Shown: piece after piece, positions 17,709 through 27,300 of the stretch | Layout: every line of letters starts with the position of its first letter | Numbering within the stretch: the stretch's first letter is position 1 | Position numbers and translations under genes: made by a program | Notes under the pieces: generated by a model | Told to the model about the DNA's origin: nothing | Seen by the model: only the letters and a program-made list of their open reading frames with translations | Databases searched by the model: none | From: a virus | Lineage: Duplodnaviria > Caudoviricetes | DNA length: 64,000 nucleotides | IMG/VR virus record: IMGVR_UViG_3300027760_000553 | Coordinates: 35,583 to 99,582 of that record | Strand: one strand, 5' to 3'

Positions 17709-18234
17709 TATGTATTACCGTAATAACCTCATCTTGCTTGGCGATAGAGGAGAGTCGTCTCATAATTTCATCACGAATTTCTGGATACTCAGAGGCAATA
17801 TCTTTTAGTATTGACATTAAGACCTCTTGTCGTTTTTCAATCTCAACCATCTCTTCTGCAAGTTCTTTGTTCTCAAGCAATCCAGCCTTTTGTAGCATGT
17901 CAATTCTCTTAGACTCAATATCCATAACAAGTTTAATCGCTGTTGTTTTTGCAGTAAGATTATTTGTCATTGACGCTTCATCAATAACTTCATAAGATTT
18001 TGATATAAGTTTGCTATAGTGTGTGTCTGCTGCTACAAGTGCTTCTTTTGCACGAGCACGAATTGCAGCATTATCGGAAGCCATAGTCTTCCATTCATCA
18101 ATATAAGCAACCACTCTTTGTCTTGGAATATCTAATTGTTTTGAAATGACAGTTGGGTCATTACCTTTTAGGTATTCTTCAACTACATTATTTACCTGAT
18201 CTAAATGCTTTACTAGGTCTTCTTCAGTTGACAT
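17701..18234 (-). CDS. Putative terminase small subunit (HTH plus helical)
   Basis: N-terminal HTH (PTVISKQLDIPRQRV); directly upstream of and overlapping terL. Confidence 0.55.
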   Translation of the reverse strand: MSTEEDLVKHLDQVNNVVEEYLKGNDPTVISKQLDIPRQRVVAYIDEWKTMASDNAAIRARAKEALVAADTHYSKLISKSYEVIDEASMTNNLTAKTTAIKLVMDIESKRIDMLQKAGLLENKELAEEMVEIEKRQEVLMSILKDIASEYPEIRDEIMRRLSSIAKQDEVITVIHNG

Positions 18235-18496
18235 CTAATAGCACCTTTGAAACCTTAAACAAGATTAGATATCCAATTAGATCGTCTATGTCATTGTCCC
18301 CATAAAACTCAGAGCCTCTAGATATTCTAGAAAGTTTATCATCTATTCTAATCTTAATCTGCTCATCTGTGTTTGCCTTTGAAAAAATTCTAATTGGATC
18401 AATGGCAGAATCACCGTATGATTGATTCTTCTTAATAAGCATATCTTTTATTTCATCACAAATATTTGAAATAACATATTGTGTTTGAACGCTCAT
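18224..18496 (-). CDS. Nucleotide-modification-associated domain 1 (DUF1599)-like protein
   Basis: KKNQSYGDS, IRIDDKLSRI, DDLIGYLIL. Confidence 0.7.
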   Translation of the reverse strand: MSVQTQYVISNICDEIKDMLIKKNQSYGDSAIDPIRIFSKANTDEQIKIRIDDKLSRISRGSEFYGDNDIDDLIGYLILFKVSKVLLDVN

Positions 18497-18612
18497 TCGT
18501 CATCCTCCCAATCAAATGTTTCTGGCAAACCCTTTAATGTATAGAGTGCATAACTAATTCCAACTGCACCAGCAATAGTTAAAACTGCAACAACCTTTTG
18601 TAATTTATTCAT
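18493..18612 (-). CDS. Small single-TM protein, 39 aa (MNKLQKVVAVLTIAGAVGISYALYTLKGLPETFDWEDDE), absent from the ORF track
   Basis: ATGA overlaps at both ends; AAGGA RBS. Confidence 0.7.
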   Translation of the reverse strand: MNKLQKVVAVLTIAGAVGISYALYTLKGLPETFDWEDDE

Positions 18613-18764
18613 CGTTTAGATTTCCTTAATCCGTATTTTGCCAAATAAACATATATTGTCTCTACGCTTGTCCCACACTCTGAAGCAATTTCTTTTGGTG
18701 TTTTTTTATCCACAAGAAATCTTTTCTTAAGCCAAGTCTCACTAGTATATAGTTTAGCAGCCAT
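18609..18764 (-). CDS. Small helix-turn-helix protein, 51 aa (MAAKLYTSETWLKKRFLVDKKTPKEIASECGTSVETIYVYLAKYGLRKSKR), absent from the ORF track
   Basis: TPKEIASECGTSVETIY..L.KYGL HTH pattern; fills the intergenic gap. Confidence 0.8.
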   Translation of the reverse strand: MAAKLYTSETWLKKRFLVDKKTPKEIASECGTSVETIYVYLAKYGLRKSKR

Positions 18765-18779
18765 AGTGTTATTTGTCAA
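18751..18779 (-). promoter_or_regulatory. Sigma70-like promoter TTGACA-N17-TAAACT with TG extension, overlapping the HTH gene start
   Basis: TTGACA at 18774-18779; TGCTAAACT at 18751-18759. Confidence 0.55.
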
Positions 18780-19359
18780 CTCCTATTGCTTTAATCCAGT
18801 TTTTTATAGCCCAATGCCCAATACCGCAGGCATCTGCCACATCATTATCAGTAATAGTCTTATCATACTGAATATTGATAAAATTAATAGTTCTTTGTTT
18901 ACGCAGATCTCTTTCAAAAGTTTTATACCATGACTCAGATTTTCCTGGACTTTGAGACCTAATGTATAATTTTTCATCTTTAGAAATCTTTTTATTTCCA
19001 ATAAAGTTTTGCCATGTGATTGGTGACACCTTGCCAATAGTTCTAATGCCAGATTGACCTGCTGCACCTAATAAAGCACCTTGGACTAACGCAAGATCAG
19101 CAGCAGTCTTAGGGCTGTTCATAAATACTGTATGTTCAATTACAATCGCATCTACATTTATAACATGTTCAAACAAGCCCTTAGACTTTCTGCCAGCGTC
19201 AATTACTTTTTCATATATATCTTTGCCTTCAAAATTAATCTTTCCAACTTCTTTTAAGTATTCACCATGAAATGTTGCATAGGCAAAACTGTTAGTACTA
19301 GCATCAATAGCACAAATTCGTTCTGGTTTTATTTCTACACCCCACTTATTTTGTACCAT
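18769..19359 (-). CDS. ruvC: RuvC-like Holliday junction resolvase
   Basis: CAIDAST, VIE, SPITWQ, DNDVADACGIG. Confidence 0.8.
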   Translation of the reverse strand: MVQNKWGVEIKPERICAIDASTNSFAYATFHGEYLKEVGKINFEGKDIYEKVIDAGRKSKGLFEHVINVDAIVIEHTVFMNSPKTAADLALVQGALLGAAGQSGIRTIGKVSPITWQNFIGNKKISKDEKLYIRSQSPGKSESWYKTFERDLRKQRTINFINIQYDKTITDNDVADACGIGHWAIKNWIKAIGVDK

Positions 19360-19630
19360 TTATTTTTCCTTTTATTTCTTTTAAAGCCTTTACAACATCT
19401 GATGGATTAACTAAACACAAATTACATAAATTATCATCATTGTATATTGATAATTGTTTTAAACAAGATTTGCATAAACGGTCTTTACCTTTTCGTTTTT
19501 GTCTTCTTGAAACTACATATCTTTGTGCAATTTTTTCCTTAGTTGCTTTTTCTCTACAAATAACAGAGCAATAAATTTGATAACTTATATCAGTTTTAAA
19601 TTCTGTGTCACACCAACTACAATGTTTCAT
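19346..19630 (-). CDS. Zinc-finger protein
   Basis: CxxC...YCSxxC and CxxC...CxxC clusters. Confidence 0.7.
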   Translation of the reverse strand: MKHCSWCDTEFKTDISYQIYCSVICREKATKEKIAQRYVVSRRQKRKGKDRLCKSCLKQLSIYNDDNLCNLCLVNPSDVVKALKEIKGKINGTK

Positions 19631-20468
19631 CTTCCAGCAACTCCAGAGGTTTAATTTTAATTACCCCTGTCTCTGCTTCGGCACAAGTTTTTTGTAATGG
19701 ACAAACCTTACAGATCTTTGAATTTGATCTATATGTTTTTTGAGGCAAAGTTTTATCTTCCCATGCCTTGCGAACTGTTCGCATCCAATCAAATGCCTGG
19801 TCTACCCACCGACGGTAATGATCGTTTACTTCTACAGGAATAATAAGTAGGTCATGGTTATTTTTATTTTCATAAATCAATGCACCCTTATCTTTCTTGA
19901 GAATCTTCATATACATAATTAATTGCATTAGGTGGCCAACCTTTGGCTTCCTGCTTGCTTTTCTATACTCAAAGCCTTCATTCATCATGGTTTTAATTTC
20001 ACCAAGAATAGTTTGACCATTATAATTAAGCATTACATCGCCATACCCTGAAATTGGTGGGTCATCATGCTTGATTCTAAACTCTAATGCTGGATGAATT
20101 TGCTTCTTGTACTTGCTTGGTTCTGGATCAAACTCCATATCTTCTGCCAAAAGCCCAGCATTCATAACAGCATCTTGGATTCTATCATGGCTCAGTGTTC
20201 CGCTGGTTCTGTTTGCTACACCAAAAGCATCTGCATCATCATGGAAAATTGCACCATCAAATGCAAGGTACCAATATCTAGCACACTCACCTGCTCCGTA
20301 TGTCAAAGATGAAGGAGCAAAGGTTGTCTTCTTTTGAAAGCGTGGTTTTAGGTTAACTGTATAGCCATTCCTAATTGCCTCAATAAGTCCATCAGCAAAA
20401 GTTGGCTCTTCCGATTTATTGCTTGTTTCTGGTCTGATCATAACTTGCTTTAGTAAATTTTTTGTCAT
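19617..20468 (-). CDS. Cas4-like PD-(D/E)XK exonuclease with Fe-S cysteines
   Basis: ECAR, GT..H, G.GD, GEIKT, QL.MYM, C-terminal CKVCP...C. Confidence 0.85.
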   Translation of the reverse strand: MTKNLLKQVMIRPETSNKSEEPTFADGLIEAIRNGYTVNLKPRFQKKTTFAPSSLTYGAGECARYWYLAFDGAIFHDDADAFGVANRTSGTLSHDRIQDAVMNAGLLAEDMEFDPEPSKYKKQIHPALEFRIKHDDPPISGYGDVMLNYNGQTILGEIKTMMNEGFEYRKASRKPKVGHLMQLIMYMKILKKDKGALIYENKNNHDLLIIPVEVNDHYRRWVDQAFDWMRTVRKAWEDKTLPQKTYRSNSKICKVCPLQKTCAEAETGVIKIKPLELLEDETL

Positions 20469-20496
20469 TATCTTAAAACTCTTTTCTATTCTTATA

Positions 20497-20505
20497 AGTA
20501 TAGCA
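20497..20505 (-). promoter_or_regulatory. Extended -10 promoter TGCTATACT
   Basis: Intergenic, upstream of the Cas4-like gene. Confidence 0.55.
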
Positions 20506-20509
20506 GATA

Positions 20510-20812
20510 TCAGCGTGTGATGTATTTTAGTGCAGACACTAAATTGTTAATTGATTCAGCAGCAGTGTAGTAAAGATTTTTTTTGCCTCTATCAGATTTA
20601 TCTACATTTGCCATCCATGTTGCTTTAAATGCCATCTTTGCTGCGATTGCCTGAAGCCTTACAATCTCTACATGAGCCACATTGATTGGAATATCTGGCT
20701 TTATAATTAGTTTAGCAATCATTGTTAATGCAGTTGTCAGTTCTTCATCTTCCATATAGTCTGCAATTTCTACAAGACCATTTACCATATCAATAGTTGT
20801 TTTTTCTTCCAT
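20510..20812 (-). CDS. Conserved-looking helical hypothetical protein
   Basis: Clean ORF in the recombination module; TAATG coupling. Confidence 0.65.
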   Translation of the reverse strand: MEEKTTIDMVNGLVEIADYMEDEELTTALTMIAKLIIKPDIPINVAHVEIVRLQAIAAKMAFKATWMANVDKSDRGKKNLYYTAAESINNLVSALKYITR

Positions 20813-21588
20813 TAAAAATCATCTCCAATTACTCCGTCTTTCATACCATCCTGATGATAAAGATTCCACGCTGCTTTAAATTCTGGCAAATAGTTTAAAG
20901 AATTTGTGTAAGCACTTCTTTTTTCTGGATATGTGTATGCATCTAGTGGATTCATTTCTCCAGTAAACCTATAGTTAGTTATTGGACAATAGTCCATGCT
21001 AACAATCTCAAGAAACTCGCCATCTTTAAATTTGCGCTTTGGTCTCCAGTGAACCTGATTGACTGCACTGAAAACTATTGTTTGCCCAGGCTCTAGTGTA
21101 TATCTTGTAAAGGTGGTCCCGTCTTCTTGGTTTCCAATATAAAGATCCCACTCAATGTTTCCATCAACACAGTGATTAATAGTTATTAGATTTTCATCTG
21201 CGTCTATATGTGGAGGCAACTTTGGACTATTATTTCCATTGCCATACTTTTTATTATATTCAATATAGTTATAATGACATAGAGCAACATCTCCATCATA
21301 AATTGGTTTTGCAATATTGTCTAGTTTTTCTTCTAAGTTTTTGGGCATCTGAAACTCAACAAGCACTCTTGACATATACTCAATTGTTTTTGGTCTAAAC
21401 CTATCCCAATTTTTTTCACTAGTCTGCTCATTTGGTTTATGCACAACTGGATCTAGCATATTTTTATTTTGATAAATAATATCCATTAACTGTTTTGATT
21501 CAGCATCAGTAAATAAATTATCTACATAAAATGGAACTTTTGTTTTATATTTATTAAAATCAGTTAGGTACTTGTGAATTTCAGCCAT
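20812..21588 (-). CDS. 2OG-Fe(II) oxygenase-like protein (paralog A)
   Basis: LPPHID, W.LYI, QVHWRP. Confidence 0.75.
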   Translation of the reverse strand: MAEIHKYLTDFNKYKTKVPFYVDNLFTDAESKQLMDIIYQNKNMLDPVVHKPNEQTSEKNWDRFRPKTIEYMSRVLVEFQMPKNLEEKLDNIAKPIYDGDVALCHYNYIEYNKKYGNGNNSPKLPPHIDADENLITINHCVDGNIEWDLYIGNQEDGTTFTRYTLEPGQTIVFSAVNQVHWRPKRKFKDGEFLEIVSMDYCPITNYRFTGEMNPLDAYTYPEKRSAYTNSLNYLPEFKAAWNLYHQDGMKDGVIGDDF

Positions 21589-21590
21589 AA

Positions 21591-22250
21591 TTAATTTGAC
21601 TCTTTCGGATTGTACTTTAGCAAGCCGTCTTCTGACTTGTTAGATGAAGCACCCGTTTCATCATTCCAAACTATATATTTTTCTTTTGCTCTTTTTCTCA
21701 TAATGTTTACATGATCAGCAGTGAGAGTTTCTGATGTAGTTGGTGAGAAGTGCAAAAATATTGCTTCTAAAAATTCACCATCTACAAATTCTCTTTTTGG
21801 TCTCCAGTGAACCTGATGAGAACCAGAAAAAGAAAGTAGTTGATTGTCTTTGAGTGTATATGTTGCTTCAGACTCCCAGTTATCTACTGTAATTCCCCAA
21901 GATACATTTGAACCTATCTGATAGTCTAAAGTGAGTCTTGACTCATTAAATACCTCGTCAGTATGTGGAAAGAGCAATGGATAAAAAGTATACTTTCCAC
22001 AATTTGAAACTGTTTTTTGATATCTAGAAAAATTATATTCCTTTAGAACTAATGATTCTCCAGCAATACCCTCAGCATATTTTGTAAACTTATCAATAAT
22101 ATGTTGTGGTAATTGAATATGCCAACTGTTATATCCAAGATCTTCAACAAAGGTTTGGCTGGTAGTTGAAGAAACAATCTTATATATTTCTGCTACATCT
22201 TCTTGTGTTAAAGCATTGTCGATTAATACGTTTGGTAAATCTTTTTTCAT
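21591..22250 (-). CDS. 2OG-Fe(II) oxygenase-like protein (paralog B)
   Basis: LFPHTD, TLDYQI, QVHWRP; AAAGGAG RBS before ATG 22250. Confidence 0.75.
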   Translation of the reverse strand: MKKDLPNVLIDNALTQEDVAEIYKIVSSTTSQTFVEDLGYNSWHIQLPQHIIDKFTKYAEGIAGESLVLKEYNFSRYQKTVSNCGKYTFYPLLFPHTDEVFNESRLTLDYQIGSNVSWGITVDNWESEATYTLKDNQLLSFSGSHQVHWRPKREFVDGEFLEAIFLHFSPTTSETLTADHVNIMRKRAKEKYIVWNDETGASSNKSEDGLLKYNPKESN

Positions 22251-22269
22251 AGTATCTCCTTTTATTATA

Positions 22270-22554
22270 TTATACACCATCTAGAATTTGATCTAATAAA
22301 TCAAATTCCAGTATAGCAAGTCTAACTTTTGTATTTCCAGAGCCAAGAACAACTATTATTAACGGATCGCTATTATTTTTAATTGCATCTGTTGTGGCCT
22401 TTGCCCATACATCTTTATTTAATGTGAAAGACTTTGAAGCCTCTTTAAAATCTACAGTAAAGTTTTGCCATGTTGCATCACCTTTATGTGTGTTTCTGCC
22501 AGAATTCTTGTGCTGTTTTGCACCAATTCTTTTTGACTCACTCTTTTCTGTCAT
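22270..22554 (-). CDS. PD-(D/E)XK nuclease, Holliday-junction-resolvase-like
   Basis: E...SG....GD.....VDFKE motif. Confidence 0.6.
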   Translation of the reverse strand: MTEKSESKRIGAKQHKNSGRNTHKGDATWQNFTVDFKEASKSFTLNKDVWAKATTDAIKNNSDPLIIVVLGSGNTKVRLAILEFDLLDQILDGV

Positions 22555-23185
22555 TTGTTTCTATCTGACTGTCAATACCAGTGTCCATCATTAAAGCACG
22601 AGTTCTTTTTTCTAATATCGCTACATGATTTTCTTGAAGAGGTCTATCATTTTTATATGCAAGATGACAAAACATCATATCAATTTTTGTATCTTGTCCT
22701 ATACGTTTATCTTCTCTCCAGTGCATCTGTTGGCTTCCCGCAAAGATCAAAGCATCATTGTAGTTTAGATTGTATTGATTACCCTCTACTATAATTCCCC
22801 AATTTTCATTTGACTCTAGTTGAATATCACAAGTTATTCTTTGTGATTTTTTTGTATCATAATGTGGAAACAATTTGCACTTATAGCCATATTCTTCTGA
22901 GTATCTAGCAAAAGAGTATTCCGCCATAATCATTTCTTCACCAACTATTTGCGATACTCTTTTTTCTATTTGCGAAATAACATCCTTTGAAAATTTGGTA
23001 TGATAGGCTTTATGCCCAGCCCAAGGCTGAGTTATTGTTTGGGAGTCATCTGTTTGAGCAACCTTATAGTATATTTCTGCAATATGCTCATCAGATAAAA
23101 TGTTTTCAATTTGTACAACAGGAAAATCTTGATTGTCAATAAAGTCTTCTGCTTTTGTTTTTGTATACATAGGAAAATTATTCAT
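22538..23185 (-). CDS. 2OG-Fe(II) oxygenase-like protein (paralog C)
   Basis: LFPHYD, TCDIQL, QMHWRE; leaderless start (TATAAT-N6-ATG at 23185). Confidence 0.75.
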   Translation of the reverse strand: MNNFPMYTKTKAEDFIDNQDFPVVQIENILSDEHIAEIYYKVAQTDDSQTITQPWAGHKAYHTKFSKDVISQIEKRVSQIVGEEMIMAEYSFARYSEEYGYKCKLFPHYDTKKSQRITCDIQLESNENWGIIVEGNQYNLNYNDALIFAGSQQMHWREDKRIGQDTKIDMMFCHLAYKNDRPLQENHVAILEKRTRALMMDTGIDSQIETNDRKE

Positions 23186-23192
23186 AGTACTA

Positions 23193-23363
23193 TTATACCT
23201 CAAAATCTTTTTTAGTTTTTTTGCCTAAATATACAGTAGTTAGGTGCTTATCCTTACACATCCAAGTCAATGTTTTTGTTTCAGCATAACATCTTAATGT
23301 TGGCACTGTAGTTTTACATGTGTGACAAATCCATTGACCGTGATAAACAGTATAACTAGCCAT
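23193..23363 (-). CDS. Small zinc-ribbon protein, 56 aa (MASYTVYHGQWICHTC...WMCKDKH...), absent from the ORF track
   Basis: CxxC plus CxxxH; start overlaps the recA stop; fills the gap. Confidence 0.7.
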   Translation of the reverse strand: MASYTVYHGQWICHTCKTTVPTLRCYAETKTLTWMCKDKHLTTVYLGKKTKKDFEV

Positions 23364-24366
23364 TTAGTTTTGACTTAATTGATTCTTGCAAGTCAAGGTC
23401 CTCTCTAACACGATTAACAAATGCTTCCTTACCTTGAACTTTTGTACCATCAGGAAGTATATACCAAGCACCTGTGCGTTCTACAATACCATTTAGTTCA
23501 GCAGTAGTAACAAGATCACCGATGGTGTCAAGACCAATATCATCACCTCTAAAATAAAAATCATACTCACCAGATTGAAACCCTGGAGAGGTTTTAGAGA
23601 ATTGTAATTCCCAACGAATAGTTCTGCCAACTTTTTCTTCAATTAATTTATCTCCTACCTTGATCTTGCCTTTAATTGCTTGATTGTCTGACTCTGAAGA
23701 AAAGAGTTTAACAATACATGAGGAATAAAACTTAGTAGCCTGACCACCAGAAGGCTGCTGACTAGTATACATAGCATTAATATTATTACGAGACTGGCTA
23801 ATAAGCACAAGCAGAGTAGGCTTAACTTTATTATTAGCATAGTTAAGCATTTTCCATGCATTGCTAAAGTCACGGGATTCTGCTCCAATTTGTTTTGTAT
23901 TTTCCAAAGCCTTCATTTCATCAGTATCTTTTTCAAAATAGATTGCAGGAAGCATTGATGTAATAGAGTCTACCACTATTATATCAACTCCTGCATTCAT
24001 TAACCCAACACCAACATCTACCATATCACTGATAGTTCTTGCTTGTGAGTAAATAAGTTTTTCTGGATCTACCCCTAAAGACCTAGCCCAATCTTCAGAG
24101 TATGACATCTCTGAATCAATCCAGGCACACAACTTTCCTTCTGCTTGTGCTAGGGCAATCATTTGAAGGCACATAGAGGACTTTGCAGATGACTTTGAAC
24201 CCCAGATAAGAACTTGTCTACCATAAGGAAGTCCACCTCCTAGAGCACGGTTTAAACCATAACTTGGGGTAGGCTGGTATTCATAGTTTACTCCTACTCC
24301 TGTTCCTAGTTTTTTTCTTAACTTTGGATCAAGTTGAGCCATTGCCTCTTCAACACTAACTGACAT
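23356..24366 (-). CDS. recA: RecA recombinase
   Basis: GGGLPYGR, Walker A GSKSSAKS, IDSE, VVDS, SQ.R, GG...KFYSS, GAWY. Confidence 0.95.
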   Translation of the reverse strand: MSVSVEEAMAQLDPKLRKKLGTGVGVNYEYQPTPSYGLNRALGGGLPYGRQVLIWGSKSSAKSSMCLQMIALAQAEGKLCAWIDSEMSYSEDWARSLGVDPEKLIYSQARTISDMVDVGVGLMNAGVDIIVVDSITSMLPAIYFEKDTDEMKALENTKQIGAESRDFSNAWKMLNYANNKVKPTLLVLISQSRNNINAMYTSQQPSGGQATKFYSSCIVKLFSSESDNQAIKGKIKVGDKLIEEKVGRTIRWELQFSKTSPGFQSGEYDFYFRGDDIGLDTIGDLVTTAELNGIVERTGAWYILPDGTKVQGKEAFVNRVREDLDLQESIKSKLNG

Positions 24367-27300
24367 TTATATCCTCCAATATAACGGTTCCATCTTTTGT
24401 TTTTCCTAGTTCAAATCTATAAGCATTTCCTTCTTCAATTTTCATATATGCCTTTGCAAAAGATGTTGGGAATACAGTTATTGAGTGAAGATCTCTTGCT
24501 GTATCTGCAACTGTTAAAGATGCCATCTTTTTTCCAGCCTTTGTAACTCTTGGTTTAAATGATAAAACAAACATTTCGTTATCTTTGTACGGCAATTGCT
24601 TGTAATTTAAAAATTTAACAAGACCAGATGTTGAACCTTTTATTTGATCGATAGGGATAGCAGAAAGAATCCGATTATCATTAACAAGAATGAGATACGA
24701 TACGCCTGCTTCAATAGTTGTTTGCTCTTCATCAAAAATTCCTACACTTCCTGTTTTATCTAATAGTTCTACTCTTGACCAACCTTTTGCTCTTTTAATA
24801 GATTTTACCATACCCATTACAATCAAAGAACCCTTTTCTTCATAATCCTGAGCCTCTGTTATAAAGCCGTAATAATGAGATGGAACCGTAATATTAAATT
24901 CTGGTAGGTTTAAATATTCGTAGAGATTTTGTTTAATCTCTTCGTCATTTCTTGGATTATCACTAAATGTCGCTGCGCCAATAACTCGTAATGCTTGAAG
25001 AGCACGAGAGTTAACTCCATTTCCTTTAGTAAAAGTAAACTCTTCAAGTTGAGCATACGAAGAGAAAGGTCTTGCAGAAATGTAACGTTCTGCAATTTTA
25101 TCGGAAATATACTTAATAGCAGTAAGACCAAATCTAATACCCTTGCCTTCAATTTTAAAATCAATATCTGAGTCATTGATGTGAGGTAGTTTAATGCTAA
25201 TGCCCATTCTTTTTGCCTCAATAAGGTATTCAGTTCTTGCATCTTTGTCCTTTTCATTCTTTAGTAGTGAGTACATAAACTCTAATGGGTAGTGATACTT
25301 AAGCCATGCTGTCCAATAAGATAATGTTGAGTATGCCACTGCATGTGACTTGTTGAATGAGTACCCTGCGTGAGCCTCAAAGTCATGCCAAAGATCACGA
25401 GCAGTATTAGGAGCAACAAAGCGGGAAGCACCCTCAACGAACCTATCTTTAAATACATCAAACTCTTTAGCATCTTTTTTCTTTCCAATGATCTTTCTAA
25501 CTTTATCTGCTTCCGACATGGACATACCGCCAAGCGATACGCATGCTTGCATAACCTGTTCCTGATAAAGAATGCAACCATATGTGTCCTCCGTAAACTC
25601 TTTTAGTACTTGGTGAGTATACCCAATATTTTGACGACCATGCTTACGCTCAATATAATCTTTTCCAATTGTGTTCATTGCACCTGGACGAACTAGGGCG
25701 TTTGAGGCAGCAAGTTCTGAAAGATTTTTGACACCCATCTTTATTAGAAGATTTGTATATGGTGCTGCTTCACACTGAAACACACCTTTGGTATATCCAT
25801 CTGAAAGCATTTGATAAACATTCTTATCATCCATATCAATCTTAAGTAGGTCAATTTTCTTATTGTCTCGCTCCTCAATAATATCAAGCGTGTCCTTAAG
25901 AACTGAAAGAGTCTTTAGTCCAAGTGCATCAATCTTGATAAGGCCAATCTTTTCAGCCTCTTCCATGTCAACTGCAACAACAGGAATACGCTCATCGCTA
26001 CCAGTAGAAGAGCGTGTCTCCATTGGTGCGTACCTAAAAATAGGATCTTTACTAGTGACAACACCAGCAGCGTGAATGCCAGTGCCCCTAATACGACCAC
26101 GAAGTTGTTCTCCATAAATTTCTACCTCTGGATATTTCTCACGGAATTCCCGTGTTGTCTTTGAACCACAATATTCATCCCAAGTATCAACCATCTTTAA
26201 AACCTTGTTGACATCTGTAAGAGGAATATTTAATACTCGTGCAATATCTCTTACAACACCCTTGTCTTTAAAAGAAAGAAAAGTAGCAATAGATGCAACA
26301 TGTCGATACTGTCTAACTAAATAGTCTTTTACTTCTTCACGGCGAGAGTCTTGAATATCAGTATCAATATCAGGAAAGTCATTTCTGTCTGGATTAATAA
26401 AACGGAAAAACAGAAGTCCATGTTTGATTGGATCAATGTCCGTAATTCTTAATGCATAGCAGAGCAATGAACCTGCTGCAGATCCACGACCTGGACCAAC
26501 CATGATTCCTTCTTTTTTTGCCCATGCAATCATATTTCGTACAACCAAAAAGTATGGTGCAAACTTTTTATCTTTAATTACTTGTAACTCTTCATCAAGT
26601 CTATCCAAATACTCTTGACCATCTACACCACGCTCAGTTAATCCAGCAAGTGCAAGTTCTTTTAATTCTTTATCTGGATTCTTATATTGTACTGGAAGCA
26701 GGTCTAATCCTTCTTGAATTCCATAGTCACCAACTTTTTCAGCAACCTCTAAAGTATTTTTATAAATGTCTGGACGGTCAATACCCTGTGCCTCCATAGC
26801 AGACTTCATTTCTTCATAAGAAAGCAAATGAATATCAAACTTGTTAAATGTTATCTGACGATCCTCACCATAAAGATAGTCAAGTCTTTTCATCATGTCT
26901 GAGTGCTTCTTGGATTTTTCAAAAGTATGCTCTTTGTCAATCTTAACATGTGTATTAAGTAGCAACTTAAACTCTTGAATTTCTTTTTGATCTGTTGAAC
27001 TATGATGACAGTCTGGAGTTACAACAACCTTTACACCAAACTCATCGGCTAATTGAATTAATTGTTTATTTATCTCTGCCTCATTATGGGGCATGACTTC
27101 AATATAGTAGTCATCATTGAAGACACGCTTAAACCATTGAATATAATCTTTTGCTATAGCAAATTCATTATTCTCAAGTGCTTTTACCAATACACTGCTT
27201 GGACATGCAGATGTTACTATAATTCCTTCAGAATATTTTTCAAGAATTTCAAAGTCAAACCTTGGTTTCTTAAAGTATCCTTCTGTCCAAGATATCTCAC

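Noticed and set aside
19617-20468. Cas4-like gene as evidence of a CRISPR-Cas system
   Set aside because: Stand-alone in a recombination module; no array or other cas genes are seen in the window
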